Below are positions 39,209 to 48,302 of a DNA stretch of 64,000 nt, piece after piece. This stretch comes from Gammaproteobacteria bacterium. GTDB taxonomy: Bacteria; Pseudomonadota; Gammaproteobacteria; SZUA-140. The DNA is taken from NCBI GenBank assembly GCA_016218365.1, contig JACREF010000005.1, forward strand, positions 130 to 64,129, written 5' to 3'. The translations under genes were made by a program, and so were the position numbers. Under the pieces are notes generated by a model that was given only the letters and a program-made list of their open reading frames with translations, had not been told where the DNA came from and did not search any database. Within the stretch, counting starts at the first letter, position 1; every line of letters begins with the position of its first letter.

Positions 39209-39655
39209 TCACTCCGGGATCTCTGCCTCGACGAGCTGCGCCAGCAATAGCAGCGATTCCTGCCAGCCGAGGTAACAGGCCTCAGCCGGGATGACCGCAG
39301 GGATGCCTTCCTGCACGATGTCGAGCTCGGTTCCGCACGACACCTGCCTGATCGAGATCGTGGTCCGCATCTCCCCGGGCAGATTCGGGTCATCGAAGCT
39401 GTCGGTGTGGCGGATGCGCTCATTTGGCACCAGCTCAAGATATTCGCCGCCAAACGAGTGTCTGTGACCGGTGGAGAAGTTCGTGAACGACATCTTGTAG
39501 CTGCCGCCGACCCTGGCATCGATATGGTGAACCTTGCCGGTGAAGCCATGCGGCGGCAGCCATTTGGCCATGGCATCGGCATCGAGAAATGCCCGATAGA
39601 CCCGTGCGGGCGTCGCACGCAGAACACGGTGTAGCCTGACAGTGTTTGTGGACAT
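39209..39655 (-). CDS. SRPBCC / AHSA1-family protein
   Basis: VRLHRVLRATPARVYRAFLD, SFGGEYLELVP, CYLGWQESL. Confidence 0.9.
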   Translation of the reverse strand: MSTNTVRLHRVLRATPARVYRAFLDADAMAKWLPPHGFTGKVHHIDARVGGSYKMSFTNFSTGHRHSFGGEYLELVPNERIRHTDSFDDPNLPGEMRTTISIRQVSCGTELDIVQEGIPAVIPAEACYLGWQESLLLLAQLVEAEIPE

Positions 39656-39700
39656 GATCATCCCCTTTGCGCTGTGTGAGGTGGAGAAATTTGAATCTCT

Positions 39701-39858
39701 AGGGAAGCTCCGATCAATTCAAAAATTACCACAGCCGTCATTCCCGCGAAAGCGGGAATCCAGGTGTTCCAAGTATTTATGGATGCCCGCTGGAGCCTGC
39801 CCTCGACCTCGATCGGGGGCGGGCATGACGACAATTCGAATTAATTCAGAGCTTCCCT
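39701..39858. mobile_element. Family B composite MITE (shell + GTCATTCCCGCG REP doublet + inner insert)
   Basis: Terminal IR AGGGAAGCTC / GAGCTTCCCT enclosing GTCATTCCCGCGAAAGCGGGAATCCAG...GGATGCCCGCT[GGAGCCTGCCCTCGACCTCGATCGGGG]GCGGGCATGAC. Confidence 0.82.
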
Positions 39859-40001
39859 GCATTAACACGATCATTTTATTGAATGCAGTGACGCCCAATA
39901 CCGCCGATCAGCTGCGCCGTTATCTTGGCAGCGGCCGACTGGATGTGTTCGACGTTGATGCCAAGGCGTACATATTACGCTGTGCGCGACAGATGGCGTG
40001 C

Positions 40002-40427
40002 CTACTTCTGCGCCGCAGACGTGTTGCGCAGGCGCTCTTCCTGCGCACGAAGCTCCGGCGTCAGCGCGGCGCCAAAATCATCCGCTTCAAACACCTGGCG
40101 AAGTTCAATCTCCGAATCACCGCGCATTGGATTGGGGCAGCGCTTGAGCCATTCGATGGCTTCTTCCCTGGACTTCACCTGCCAGAGCCAGAAGCCGGCC
40201 ACCAGCTCCGTGGTCTCGCTGAAGGGTCCATCAATCACTGTACGCGTGCTCCCGGAGAAACGGACGCGCACGCCCCTGGAACTGGGATGGAGCCCTTCAC
40301 CGGCGAGCAGGATGCCGGCCTTGACGAGCTCCTCATTGTACTTGCCCATCTCGGTGAGGAGTTTGGTGTCCGGCATGATGCCCGCCTCAGAATCCTTGCT
40401 TGCCTTCACGATCACCATGAATCTCAT
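40002..40427 (-). CDS. YciI-family (DGPFAETKE-type) protein
   Basis: MRFMVIVKA, GEGLHPSSRG, DGPFSETTELVAGFW; AAGGAG RBS. Confidence 0.9.
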   Translation of the reverse strand: MRFMVIVKASKDSEAGIMPDTKLLTEMGKYNEELVKAGILLAGEGLHPSSRGVRVRFSGSTRTVIDGPFSETTELVAGFWLWQVKSREEAIEWLKRCPNPMRGDSEIELRQVFEADDFGAALTPELRAQEERLRNTSAAQK

Positions 40428-40531
40428 GTGCATCTCCTTGTGATAGCGCTGCGCTGAAGCGTAGCGAATTCCATATACAGGCGCAAGCCGGCCGGCCGCT
40501 CCAGAGATCCTGGTCAGAGATCAAATATTAC

Positions 40532-40592
40532 TAAGAAGGCACTGATTAATTCGTATTGTCGTGGTAATTTTTGAATTAATCAGCGTTTCCCT
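40532..40592. repeat. Empty family B shell lacking the REP doublet, nested in a GGTCAGAG...CTCTGACC pair (40512-40620)
   Basis: Minus strand reads GGGAAACGCTGATTAATTCAAAAATTACCAC-GACAATACGAATTAATCAG, i.e. the left and right arms of the 39701 and 63661 elements joined directly. Confidence 0.75.
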
Positions 40593-40661
40593 GATATTTA
40601 GAATCAATTCCACTCTGACCCGGTTTTACTTCATGGATTGCCACACTGAGCGTAATGCTGC

Positions 40662-41162
40662 ATGAACCAGACCGCTGACGTTGCCCGCCCGCGCTTTCTG
40701 TGCGATGTGATGCTCGCCGACCTGTGCCGTTATCTGCGCGCCGCAGGTTACGACACATTGCTCGCTGAAGCCGGTCGTCCCGATCGCGAGCTGCTGGCCC
40801 AGTGTCACGCGCAGCGTCGTTATTTGCTGACGCTCGACCGGCTGATCAACGACCACAAGGCCGCGAACAATGTTGCGGTGCTGCTGCCGCGTGGCGATCT
40901 CGACAACTATGCAGCGCTGCTGAGCGAACGCTTTGCCATCGACTGGCTTAAAGATGCCTTCAGCCGCTGCCTGCTCGACAACACGCCATTGATCGCGGCC
41001 GATGGCTCGGCGCTGGCACGCATGCCCGCGGATGCACGGCGAGCCGATGAGCCGGTCTATCAGTGCCCCCACTGTGGCCGGGTCTATTGGCAGGGCTCGC
41101 ACACCAAGCGGATGCGGACACGGCTGGCGCGCTGGCAGGCACATCCCCCCGATAATAATTAA
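40662..41162 (+). CDS. Mut7-C RNase (PIN-like) domain protein with Zn ribbon
   Basis: RFLCDVML..L.RYLRAAGYDT, LLTLDR, FSRCLLDN, CPHCGRVYWQGSH. Confidence 0.88.
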   Translation: MNQTADVARPRFLCDVMLADLCRYLRAAGYDTLLAEAGRPDRELLAQCHAQRRYLLTLDRLINDHKAANNVAVLLPRGDLDNYAALLSERFAIDWLKDAFSRCLLDNTPLIAADGSALARMPADARRADEPVYQCPHCGRVYWQGSHTKRMRTRLARWQAHPPDNN

Positions 41163-41253
41163 TCCCTATATGGTTAGCAGCAATCGTTCGTTGCCGGGCA
41201 AGATAAAATCATTACCATCGGAGGATTAATCCTTAACCTATGAGTGGAGTATC

Positions 41254-42462
41254 ATGAAGTCCAGGTTAGTGTTGTCCCTGCTGGCCACCGCCGGCGTCAT
41301 CGTCTCCGGCCCGGCCGCGGCCACCAACGGTTACTTCTCCCACGGCTATGGCATCAAGGCCAAGGGCATGGCCGGGGTCGGCATCGCACTGCCGCAGGAT
41401 GCGCTGGCGGCCGCGACCAATCCGGCCGGCATGGTGCTGGTCGGTGACCGCATCGATGTCGGTGCCGACTGGTTTGCACCGAACCGTGGCGCCACCGCAC
41501 CCCCGCTCGGCGCCATCGAAGGCAATGGTGTCAGCGGTTTCCTGATTCCTGAATTCGGTTACAACCGGGCGCTGAATGCGGACTCATCACTCGGCGTGTC
41601 GGTGTACGGCAATGGCGGCATGAACACCGAATATGCCATCACACCGTTTGGTCCTCCAGGCAGCGGCAAGGGTGGCATGAACATGTCACAGCTGTTCATC
41701 GCCCCGACCTATGCGCTGCAGCTCAATGACCAGCATGCGGTCGGTGTGGCGCTGAACCTCGCCTATCAACAGTTCAAGGCCTATGGCCTGCAGGGCTTCA
41801 TGGGCATGTCAGCTACACCGAGCGCGGTCACCAACAATAGCTATGACACCTCGACCGGCTGGGGGCTGCGGGTCGGCTGGACCGGCCAGCTGACGCCGGA
41901 TCTCACCGTCGGCGCGACCTATCAATCCATCACCCAGATGAGCACGTTCGACAAATATGCCGGGCTGTTTGCCGAACAGGGCGGCTTCGACATCCCGAGC
42001 AACTACGGGCTCGGCGTGAGCTACAAGATCAATGCCGCGACGACAGTGGCTGCCGATGTCCAGGCCATCCAGTACAGCGACGTGGCGTCGGTCAACAACC
42101 CGATGATCAGTCCGGGACAACTCGGCGATGCCAACGGCCCGGGCTTTGGCTGGCAGGACATGACAGTGATCAAGCTGGCACTGACCCATCAATATGACAA
42201 TGGCCTACTGCTGCGCGCCGGTTACAGCACCAACGAGCAGCCGATCCCCAGCGATGAAACGATGTTCAACGTCATCGCCCCGGGCGTGGTGCAGGATCAC
42301 CTGACCTTGGGCGCGACCTGGACGCTGGCCAACCAGGCCGAGCTGTCGGTCAGCTATATGCATGCCTTCGAACATAAGGTGACCGGCAGCGGCGCGGCCG
42401 CCGGTTATGATCTGCATATGTACGAAGACTCGATCGGCGTCGCCTACGGCTGGAAATTGTAA
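41254..42462 (+). CDS. FadL/TodX-family outer-membrane transport protein
   Basis: Signal peptide, ATNGYFSHGYG, ATNPAGM hatch motif, YGNGGMNT, C-terminal YGWKL. Confidence 0.9.
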   Translation: MKSRLVLSLLATAGVIVSGPAAATNGYFSHGYGIKAKGMAGVGIALPQDALAAATNPAGMVLVGDRIDVGADWFAPNRGATAPPLGAIEGNGVSGFLIPEFGYNRALNADSSLGVSVYGNGGMNTEYAITPFGPPGSGKGGMNMSQLFIAPTYALQLNDQHAVGVALNLAYQQFKAYGLQGFMGMSATPSAVTNNSYDTSTGWGLRVGWTGQLTPDLTVGATYQSITQMSTFDKYAGLFAEQGGFDIPSNYGLGVSYKINAATTVAADVQAIQYSDVASVNNPMISPGQLGDANGPGFGWQDMTVIKLALTHQYDNGLLLRAGYSTNEQPIPSDETMFNVIAPGVVQDHLTLGATWTLANQAELSVSYMHAFEHKVTGSGAAAGYDLHMYEDSIGVAYGWKL

Positions 42463-42607
42463 GCAAACTGCAGGATCAGCCTGTGATCAGCGATGCCTGT
42501 AACCGATCAGACCAAGCAGCGGCTGCTCACATCAATCACCATCGTACCGATCATCAGCAGTAAAAACTCTTCTCTATACTGGTGAGATAGAGTTTTTACT
42601 CTGACCA

Positions 42608-42729
42608 GAATGGCACTTACTTAAGGAGGTAGCCGGCGGGTAGCCTGGGTTGAGCGACAGTGAAACCCGGGTTTCACTCCGTTCAACCCAGGCTACCTCC
42701 TATCAAAAACGCTTAAGTAAGTACCATTC
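42608..42729. mobile_element. 122 bp family C MITE carrying a GTAG REP doublet, with 11 bp target duplication
   Basis: TIR GAATGGCACTTACTTAAG / CTTAAGTAAGTACCATTC; flanks TACTCTGACCA (42597-42607) and TACTCTGATCA (42730-42740). Confidence 0.88.
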
Positions 42730-42747
42730 TACTCTGATCACAAACAA

Positions 42748-43074
42748 CTACGCCCCGGGCGGCTGGTAGGCGATCGCCTGCGCGCGGCCAAGCGCGCTTA
42801 AGGTCTCCTCGACTGTCAGCAGCGGCGTCGTCTCGAATTTCGACAATGCGCCACCGCCTCCGATCGAGATTGCGACTGCGGCCATCGAGACATTGTCAGG
42901 CGCTTCCCAGAGGGTGTAGCCATCGTAGGTGCCGAATGCGTACCAGAAGCCGTGCAGCTTTCCGCCGACCGACTCGATGTACGTGCGTGCCGCCGCGCGG
43001 CGGTCTTCGGGTTTCTTCGTCAAACGGCTCCAGGTCTCAGGGGTATAGCTGAAGCGAGTTAAATAGAAAGCCAT
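42748..43074 (-). CDS. GYD-domain protein
   Basis: PEDRRAAAR..IESVGGKL..FWYAFGTYDG, ETTPLLTVEE; GGAGG RBS. Confidence 0.88.
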   Translation of the reverse strand: MAFYLTRFSYTPETWSRLTKKPEDRRAAARTYIESVGGKLHGFWYAFGTYDGYTLWEAPDNVSMAAVAISIGGGGALSKFETTPLLTVEETLSALGRAQAIAYQPPGA

Positions 43075-43189
43075 GGCAGCAATCCTCCTTCCGGTGTGCG
43101 CGATGTTTGCGCTATGGTGTTATCCATTACTCTGCCAGCGCAGACATGATGCAGAGCGGCTTGAGTTTCAAATTCATGCGGCGGCGACA

Positions 43190-43978
43190 TCAATCCTTCG
43201 TCGCAACCAGTGAGATGCTCTTCACGCCATATTTTCGCGCCGCACCCTGGGCGTTCTCTGAAATGAACAGGTACTGCGGGTTGTCCCTCAATTTCGTCAC
43301 GCGCAACCCCGCCGCCTCGATCGCCGAGGTGTAATCACCGATCTGCATCGCGCCCCCGATGCACGCGGCCCACAGCGTCGCGTCGCAGGTGATGCCTTCA
43401 GGCAGCGGCGCTTCAGTGACGATGTCGGCGAGGGCAAGCCGCCCGCCCGGCTTGAGCAGGCGCGCGGCCTCGCGGAAGACCGTCCTTTTGTCCGGTACGA
43501 GATTAATCACGCCGTTGCTGATGACCGCATCGCACGACGCGTCAGCAAGCCCGGTCGCGTCGATGTAGCCCTTGCGGTAGGTGATGTTGCCGAGTCCCGC
43601 GGCGGCACGCAGGCGTTCCGATTTGGCGAGCTGTTCATCGGTCATGTCGACGCCGATTACGGTGCCCGTCTTGCCGACCTTGCCGGCGGCGATGAAGCTG
43701 TCCGTCCCCGACCCGCTGCCCAGATCGACCACCGTCTCGCCCGGCTTCAGATGAGCGAGGTCAAAGTAATAGCCCACACCCGCAAACGAGGCGATGGCTG
43801 CACTCGGGATGGCATCGAGGTCGGCGGGCACATAGCCAAGCCGCTCCGCGAGCGCACGGCCCATTTCGAAGTGGAACTCGCCAAGCGGATCGAGGGCCAC
43901 ATCGCGATACATCGCCTTGACCTTCTGCTCGAGCGCGGCTGTGTCGACGCGCTTTGCGTGTACTGTTGCAGTATCCAT
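43190..43978 (-). CDS. ArsM-like SAM-dependent methyltransferase
   Basis: [58 protein letters not shown] before ATG 43978. Confidence 0.85.
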   Translation of the reverse strand: MDTATVHAKRVDTAALEQKVKAMYRDVALDPLGEFHFEMGRALAERLGYVPADLDAIPSAAIASFAGVGYYFDLAHLKPGETVVDLGSGSGTDSFIAAGKVGKTGTVIGVDMTDEQLAKSERLRAAAGLGNITYRKGYIDATGLADASCDAVISNGVINLVPDKRTVFREAARLLKPGGRLALADIVTEAPLPEGITCDATLWAACIGGAMQIGDYTSAIEAAGLRVTKLRDNPQYLFISENAQGAARKYGVKSISLVATKD

Positions 43979-44237
43979 TTTGATTCCTCCCATCGGTGGT
44001 GGAGCCCGTAAGAGATTATAGTGCGAGCATCGGCTCCGATACGCTCACCGAACATTGCGCTTGAGGCAGGCGTGTTGCAACGCACCACACGTCACTCTCG
44101 AAGCGCTTGATAGGCGCCTGCATAGGCTTACAGATGTGAAAGTGCATTTTGCACAACCTGAGCCACAGATTCTTCACGTAAAACCTTCCGCTTGCAATAC
44201 CTTGACTGAAGCCACTCTTTTGGTTACTTAGAATCAA

Positions 44238-44318
44238 AAGATATCAAAAGGGGCGGATTCTATTGAAATGATAGATACTCACCAGCCCTGGGTATACGAT
44301 TTCAATCGAATCTGACCC
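44238..44318. repeat. Left copy of an ~80 bp direct repeat (itself an imperfect inverted-repeat element)
   Basis: AAGATATCAAAAGGGGCGGATTCTATTGA...TCAATCGAATCTGACCC; matches 49338-49416 with 2 substitutions and a 2 nt indel. Confidence 0.92.
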
Positions 44319-44418
44319 TTTTGCTCTTTTCGTCCTGACCCTTTTGCTCTTTTCGTCCCGATTATTCGTCTCCCGATTACGCGTCCCGATTACGCCCGCC
44401 GCGATTACGCCGCGTTCC
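44312..44418. repeat. Decaying tandem stutter repeats
   Basis: CTGACCCTTTTGCTCTTTTCGTC twice (44312-44357), then four (C)CGATTA(CGC) units. Confidence 0.85.
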
Positions 44419-44847
44419 TTAATAAATACTCTTGGCAGCCTTCTTCTTTGGCGACTCAATATTCGCACGCGAAGGATCATGGAAAAAGTGCTGGCAGTGC
44501 ATGCATCGCCAACCGGTAATTTCATTCTTGAGCGGAGTAACGATCTTTGTTGCTCGGCACTTTGCACAGTATCTGAGCGCAGTGAAGTGACTTACCCATG
44601 TTCCTGTCGGTTCATCCCATTGGAGCCAAGGGCGCTGAAGGAACAAGAATGCAAATAGAACCAAGCACAGCGACAGCAATAGTGCCAATAGTTTTAGGAC
44701 TGTCGTTGGCTGTTGTGCTTCCAGGGATGCCAATCGTGGCGCCAGGCTATCTTGGAGAAGCAGCACAATTCCTGGCGGTGTCGTGGCTAATAGAATCAGC
44801 GCTAGTGGCAACCACCACTTTTTTAGAAATTCACCAAGGGGCATCAT
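44419..44847 (-). CDS. Hypothetical membrane protein with two hydrophobic segments and a C-terminal CxxC...CxxC Zn ribbon (integron cassette gene)
   Basis: ATG lies a few nt after the GTTAGGG core site; WWLPLALILL and LLALLLSLCLVLFAFLF segments; CAKC...CMHC. Confidence 0.7.
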   Translation of the reverse strand: MMPLGEFLKKWWLPLALILLATTPPGIVLLLQDSLAPRLASLEAQQPTTVLKLLALLLSLCLVLFAFLFLQRPWLQWDEPTGTWVSHFTALRYCAKCRATKIVTPLKNEITGWRCMHCQHFFHDPSRANIESPKKKAAKSIY

Positions 44848-44853
44848 TTGGGA

Positions 44854-44921
44854 CCCTAACACGTTTGAGTTCAGCGGCGCGCCGCTTTTTGGCGCGTCCG
44901 CTGGAACGATTTGTTAGCGGC
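44854..44921 (-). other. Integron attC recombination site
   Basis: Minus strand: GCCGCTAAC-AAATC-GTTCCAGC-GGACGCGCC-AAAAA-GCGGCGCGCC-GCTGAAC-TCAAACGT-GTTAGGG (R'', L'' with extra base, central hairpin, L', R'), just after the REase stop. Confidence 0.88.
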
Positions 44922-44925
44922 ATTT

Positions 44926-45663
44926 TCACCGAAGTCTCGCGGCCTCTGCGGCAACGTGGCCAGCCAGAGCCGTGACAAATGTTCTGAGTCCTGTCATCGC
45001 CGACATCTCTGAAAACTCACCACTCTCAGCAGAACTGCGGGGCGACGTGATGAGGGCGGCAGTGGTGTAAAGCTGTTCCTTTACCAATTTCTGACAGAGT
45101 AAGTCATACCGGATGAGGTACGACGCCCCCTTAAACTCCTTGAAAACAGGAAAGTGCGGTGACGAATCCCTAACCGCACATCTGGATTTTGGGGCATCCT
45201 CAACCATCATCAACCAGCCAACGAAAGGGCGTGGTTGTTTGCCAAATGCCTCTTCACGGTAGGCTGTCCAGAGATCGTGCGCGGTGCCAATGGCTTCCTC
45301 GGTTCGATTGTTGAAGTTGTTCCCGAACGAGCCAACTTGGCTTTTCAGCTCGATGGCCGCGATCAACTCGCCTTTGTAGATGACAAGAAGATCCCAGAGC
45401 TTTGTCGGCCTGAAGTAGCCGGGCAGTGTCAGCATCGCCCTGTTCCGATGAATCTCGGCATGGGCAAGTCCATTGGCCCGCACGATGTCGAGTACCAAAG
45501 CCAGGAATCCGTCCATGTTCTTGCCAGCGGTAACACCAGCGCGCTCACCTTGGTCAGCCTTCCCGGACTCAATCTGCTTTTGTCTCGCTGCTTCCCGGTT
45601 TCCCCAGAAGGCTTTTACAGCCTCATGTGCCTTCTGTTCGTAATCGACAAGATCAAGCGCCAT
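44926..45663 (-). CDS. Type II restriction endonuclease, PaeR7I/XhoI family
   Basis: [52 protein letters not shown] (PD-(D/E)xK-type core). Confidence 0.88.
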   Translation of the reverse strand: MALDLVDYEQKAHEAVKAFWGNREAARQKQIESGKADQGERAGVTAGKNMDGFLALVLDIVRANGLAHAEIHRNRAMLTLPGYFRPTKLWDLLVIYKGELIAAIELKSQVGSFGNNFNNRTEEAIGTAHDLWTAYREEAFGKQPRPFVGWLMMVEDAPKSRCAVRDSSPHFPVFKEFKGASYLIRYDLLCQKLVKEQLYTTAALITSPRSSAESGEFSEMSAMTGLRTFVTALAGHVAAEAARLR

Positions 45664-47403
45664 TTATTCTCCGTTGCCTCCAAGGGAGGATCGTTCTTCG
45701 TTGCTAAGTCCAAATAGTTTAAATACTGCGCGATTGCAGGCTTGCAAATCTCTCTTTTTTGCAGCGTCCGCTAGCTCCGTCCGCAACTTTGTCGAGACAT
45801 CCGCCCATTGCGGAATGCGGATGCGACGTAGGTATTGCGCCTGAAACCGGAGGAATCCGCCGCGCATTTTGGTTGAGTAGGTCGTCATGAATAGACGTGT
45901 AACGGCTGAAAGCATCACAGCTTGTAATGCCCTCAAGTCCCACTCGTCGGACGTGACATAGTAAAGGTTGTGGTGCGGGTACAGCTCCCCACCCTCAAAA
46001 ACTATATGGGCCTCGCCCTTGATGTCGGGAATCAGGAGCTTCGGCCTCGATGCCAGCTCTGGAGTAATACGGTCGATCGTGCGATACCAGTTGGCCGGGG
46101 TCTTCTGGGCGCAGTGACGACCCACGATAACCTCTCGTCGCACCTCCAAATAGCGGAGCAGGCGCGGATAGTTCCGTAACTCGACAAGACCGCCACCCTC
46201 GGCAAATGGATTGATTACGCCTTGGCCGTGCCATTGCACCTCGCCGGACATAATGTCTTTCGTTGTAACCAGCGGCAGTTTGCGATCAGACTCCACGTCG
46301 AGTGCGTCAAAGTCGCCGATATATGCCTTATCCGCGCCAGTTGCTACGCCGATACCCACCTTGCAGCCCACCTCTTCCAATCTAGGGAATTGTTTTTCAA
46401 GGCGGCGAATCAGCGCCATCTGATCCGACGATTCAAGCAACCACGGCTCCGACCCATTGGTGACTCGTGCCAGTTCGCGCACCGGCCCGGGTTCTTTCGG
46501 CAGGCTCCGCGCACGTAGCGTGTCGGCCAAGATCGCCAGCGTGGCCTGGTCGATGGTAGGGCGATGAGCAATGCGCGTCGCACCGGGTGTATCCCTGCTG
46601 ATGACGGTGATGGCCGGATAGGCGATCACCTCGGAGTGGAACGCTGGGGTGTCCATCATATCGACGTAGATTTTCAGGTGGAACTGCTCAGCCACGAGAC
46701 TGCGAAGCGGACCACCGTAACGGTTTTTCATCCAGCGATCTGCGCAAATAAAGCCCAAGCTGCCGCCTTGTTTGAGCACCATTAACGACCGCTCGATGAA
46801 CGGAATGTAGATGTCGGCCCGGTCATACATCGTCTGGTAGCGGCTACGGTACTCGGCCAGCAACGGTGTTGGAATCAGCTCTTGGCGAACATAGGGAGGG
46901 TTCCCTACAACAAAGTCGAATTGCCCTTCAAGTGGTGCAAGAAGGAAATCCCCCTGCACAAGCCAACGATCAGCAAGAGCTACTGCGGATTGATCCCCTA
47001 TCTCATCTTGCTTGAGCCGCTCGATCACGGCTGCGCGGGTGGTAGAAAAGGTCTTGCGATGCAGTTCAACAGCGCGAATTGCGTCGCCTAACTCTTCAAC
47101 TACAGTTCCTGCGTGTTGCGATGACCTCCATGCTGCCAGCAGTCGCCCGATTGCTGGTAATAGAAAGTCACCCCCACCGAATGAAGGTTCTAAAAGTCGT
47201 TTTTCATGGAGCGGTTGATCCTCCGTGTAGCCAGCCAAATCGAGGATGAAATCCACCACCTCGGTGCGTGTAAAGATTGCCCCGCGAGATTCGGCTCCTG
47301 CTGCTGTAGACAATTTTTCAATCGCAGCAGCGACCATAGGCGAATGTGTGCAAACCGAATCACCAAATAAATCAAAATTAAGCTGCCTTGATGCCAAGTT
47401 CAT
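45664..47403 (-). CDS. N6-adenine DNA methyltransferase, gamma class (M.PaeR7I/M.XhoI-like)
   Basis: Motif [12 protein letters not shown], motif IV VGNPPY, TaqI-like C-terminal TRD; its stop abuts the REase ATG. Confidence 0.92.
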   Translation of the reverse strand: MNLASRQLNFDLFGDSVCTHSPMVAAAIEKLSTAAGAESRGAIFTRTEVVDFILDLAGYTEDQPLHEKRLLEPSFGGGDFLLPAIGRLLAAWRSSQHAGTVVEELGDAIRAVELHRKTFSTTRAAVIERLKQDEIGDQSAVALADRWLVQGDFLLAPLEGQFDFVVGNPPYVRQELIPTPLLAEYRSRYQTMYDRADIYIPFIERSLMVLKQGGSLGFICADRWMKNRYGGPLRSLVAEQFHLKIYVDMMDTPAFHSEVIAYPAITVISRDTPGATRIAHRPTIDQATLAILADTLRARSLPKEPGPVRELARVTNGSEPWLLESSDQMALIRRLEKQFPRLEEVGCKVGIGVATGADKAYIGDFDALDVESDRKLPLVTTKDIMSGEVQWHGQGVINPFAEGGGLVELRNYPRLLRYLEVRREVIVGRHCAQKTPANWYRTIDRITPELASRPKLLIPDIKGEAHIVFEGGELYPHHNLYYVTSDEWDLRALQAVMLSAVTRLFMTTYSTKMRGGFLRFQAQYLRRIRIPQWADVSTKLRTELADAAKKRDLQACNRAVFKLFGLSNEERSSLGGNGE

Positions 47404-47436
47404 ATTCCTATTTGATCTGTGCTTATTGCTCGACTA

Positions 47437-47458
47437 GCCGCTAACGTAAATTAGCTGG
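47437..47458 (-). other. Compact/degenerate integron recombination site at a cassette boundary
   Basis: Minus strand CCAGCTAA-TTTAC-GTTAGCGGC directly after the TIR stop; GTTAGCGGC is the exact complement of GCCGCTAAC at the far end of the RM cassette. Confidence 0.6.
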
Positions 47459-47857
47459 CTACGCACCATCTACGGCTTTCTTTATTGCGTCAAAGGTGAA
47501 GGACATGGCCCATTTCGCGCCGACATTTAGCAAACCTGAAGGTGTGGTATTTTGAGAATCCGTTTTTACAGCAACGATCTTCCTCTTGAGTTCGACAGCC
47601 TTGCTAATCTCCCAGGCAACCCATTTACTTATATTGGTTTTTTTCCCAACGATACACAGAAAATACGTCGCATTATTTATCTTCGCGGAGATGGCCCGCT
47701 TTATTGCAGCAGCATCCGTGCTGTCAATCGAAACGTCTGCTGAATGATCGGTGAAACCAAAGTCAAACTCTTTGTTGGCATCCCATGCCAGCAGCATGTT
47801 TTTGTAGTTCCGGTCGTTATCGTAATCGTAGCTAATGAATATCGTTTTCTTAGCCAT
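47459..47857 (-). CDS. Stand-alone TIR-domain protein (ThsB / DUF1863 / MTH538-like)
   Basis: IFISYDY, FLCIVGKKT, SKWVAWEI with the catalytic-position Glu83, KIVAVK. Confidence 0.88.
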   Translation of the reverse strand: MAKKTIFISYDYDNDRNYKNMLLAWDANKEFDFGFTDHSADVSIDSTDAAAIKRAISAKINNATYFLCIVGKKTNISKWVAWEISKAVELKRKIVAVKTDSQNTTPSGLLNVGAKWAMSFTFDAIKKAVDGA

Positions 47858-48284
47858 GTTGTTTCTCTTTTTCGTTAGTGATATGTGCCCAAGTTGTGTT
47901 TTCTTTCGAAATTACGCCTTCCACGCGCTCGACGAGCGCGTGGAAGGCGTCATCTTCGTTATATGGCGATGTCTTTGTCATATAGAGGAATTTCTCGTGC
48001 TTGAGCGTTTCCGCCACCGTTCGGTACTCAATCCAGTTCTCTTGGAATTTATATAAGGTCACCAGACCGGAGATCACAGCAACGCAAACCGCTATTACGC
48101 CAACAATACCCTTGAGGTAATGCGTGTCGTTAGTGATTTCACTTACAAAAAACGGGATGCTCATTGCAAACACAATCTCAAGTACGCGGAGCCCTCTAAA
48201 CCATTTCTGGTTCCATTGACTCTTCTGTCCGTACCAGGCAATTTGATCATCGAGCCGATCTCGAATGTACTCTTCTGGTGACAT
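47850..48284 (-). CDS. SLATT-domain (DUF4231) two-TM protein
   Basis: YIRDRLDDQIAWY, two TM helices, FQENWIEYRTVAETLKHEKFLY, LVERVEGVISKEN..W; AGGAG RBS; overlaps the TIR start by 8 nt. Confidence 0.88.
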   Translation of the reverse strand: MSPEEYIRDRLDDQIAWYGQKSQWNQKWFRGLRVLEIVFAMSIPFFVSEITNDTHYLKGIVGVIAVCVAVISGLVTLYKFQENWIEYRTVAETLKHEKFLYMTKTSPYNEDDAFHALVERVEGVISKENTTWAHITNEKEKQHG

Positions 48285-48302
48285 GCGTACTCCTGTTGTT
48301 TT

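Noticed and set aside
39642..40457. 271 aa plus-strand ORF and other ORFs running through repeats (44244-44567, 4879-5309, 27922-28155, 63657-63950)
   Set aside because: They translate repeat DNA (e.g. PSFPRKRES, RPFDT) or lie antisense to real genes.
40662..41162. Mut7-C/PIN protein as a toxin-antitoxin toxin
   Set aside because: There is no adjacent antitoxin-sized gene, and stand-alone Mut7-C proteins are common.
44148..44166. Possible sigma54 promoter (TGGC-TCAGGTT-GTGC, minus strand) upstream of the ArsM-like gene
   Set aside because: Only GG-N10-GC matches, the -12 element is non-consensus, and there is no activator gene nearby.
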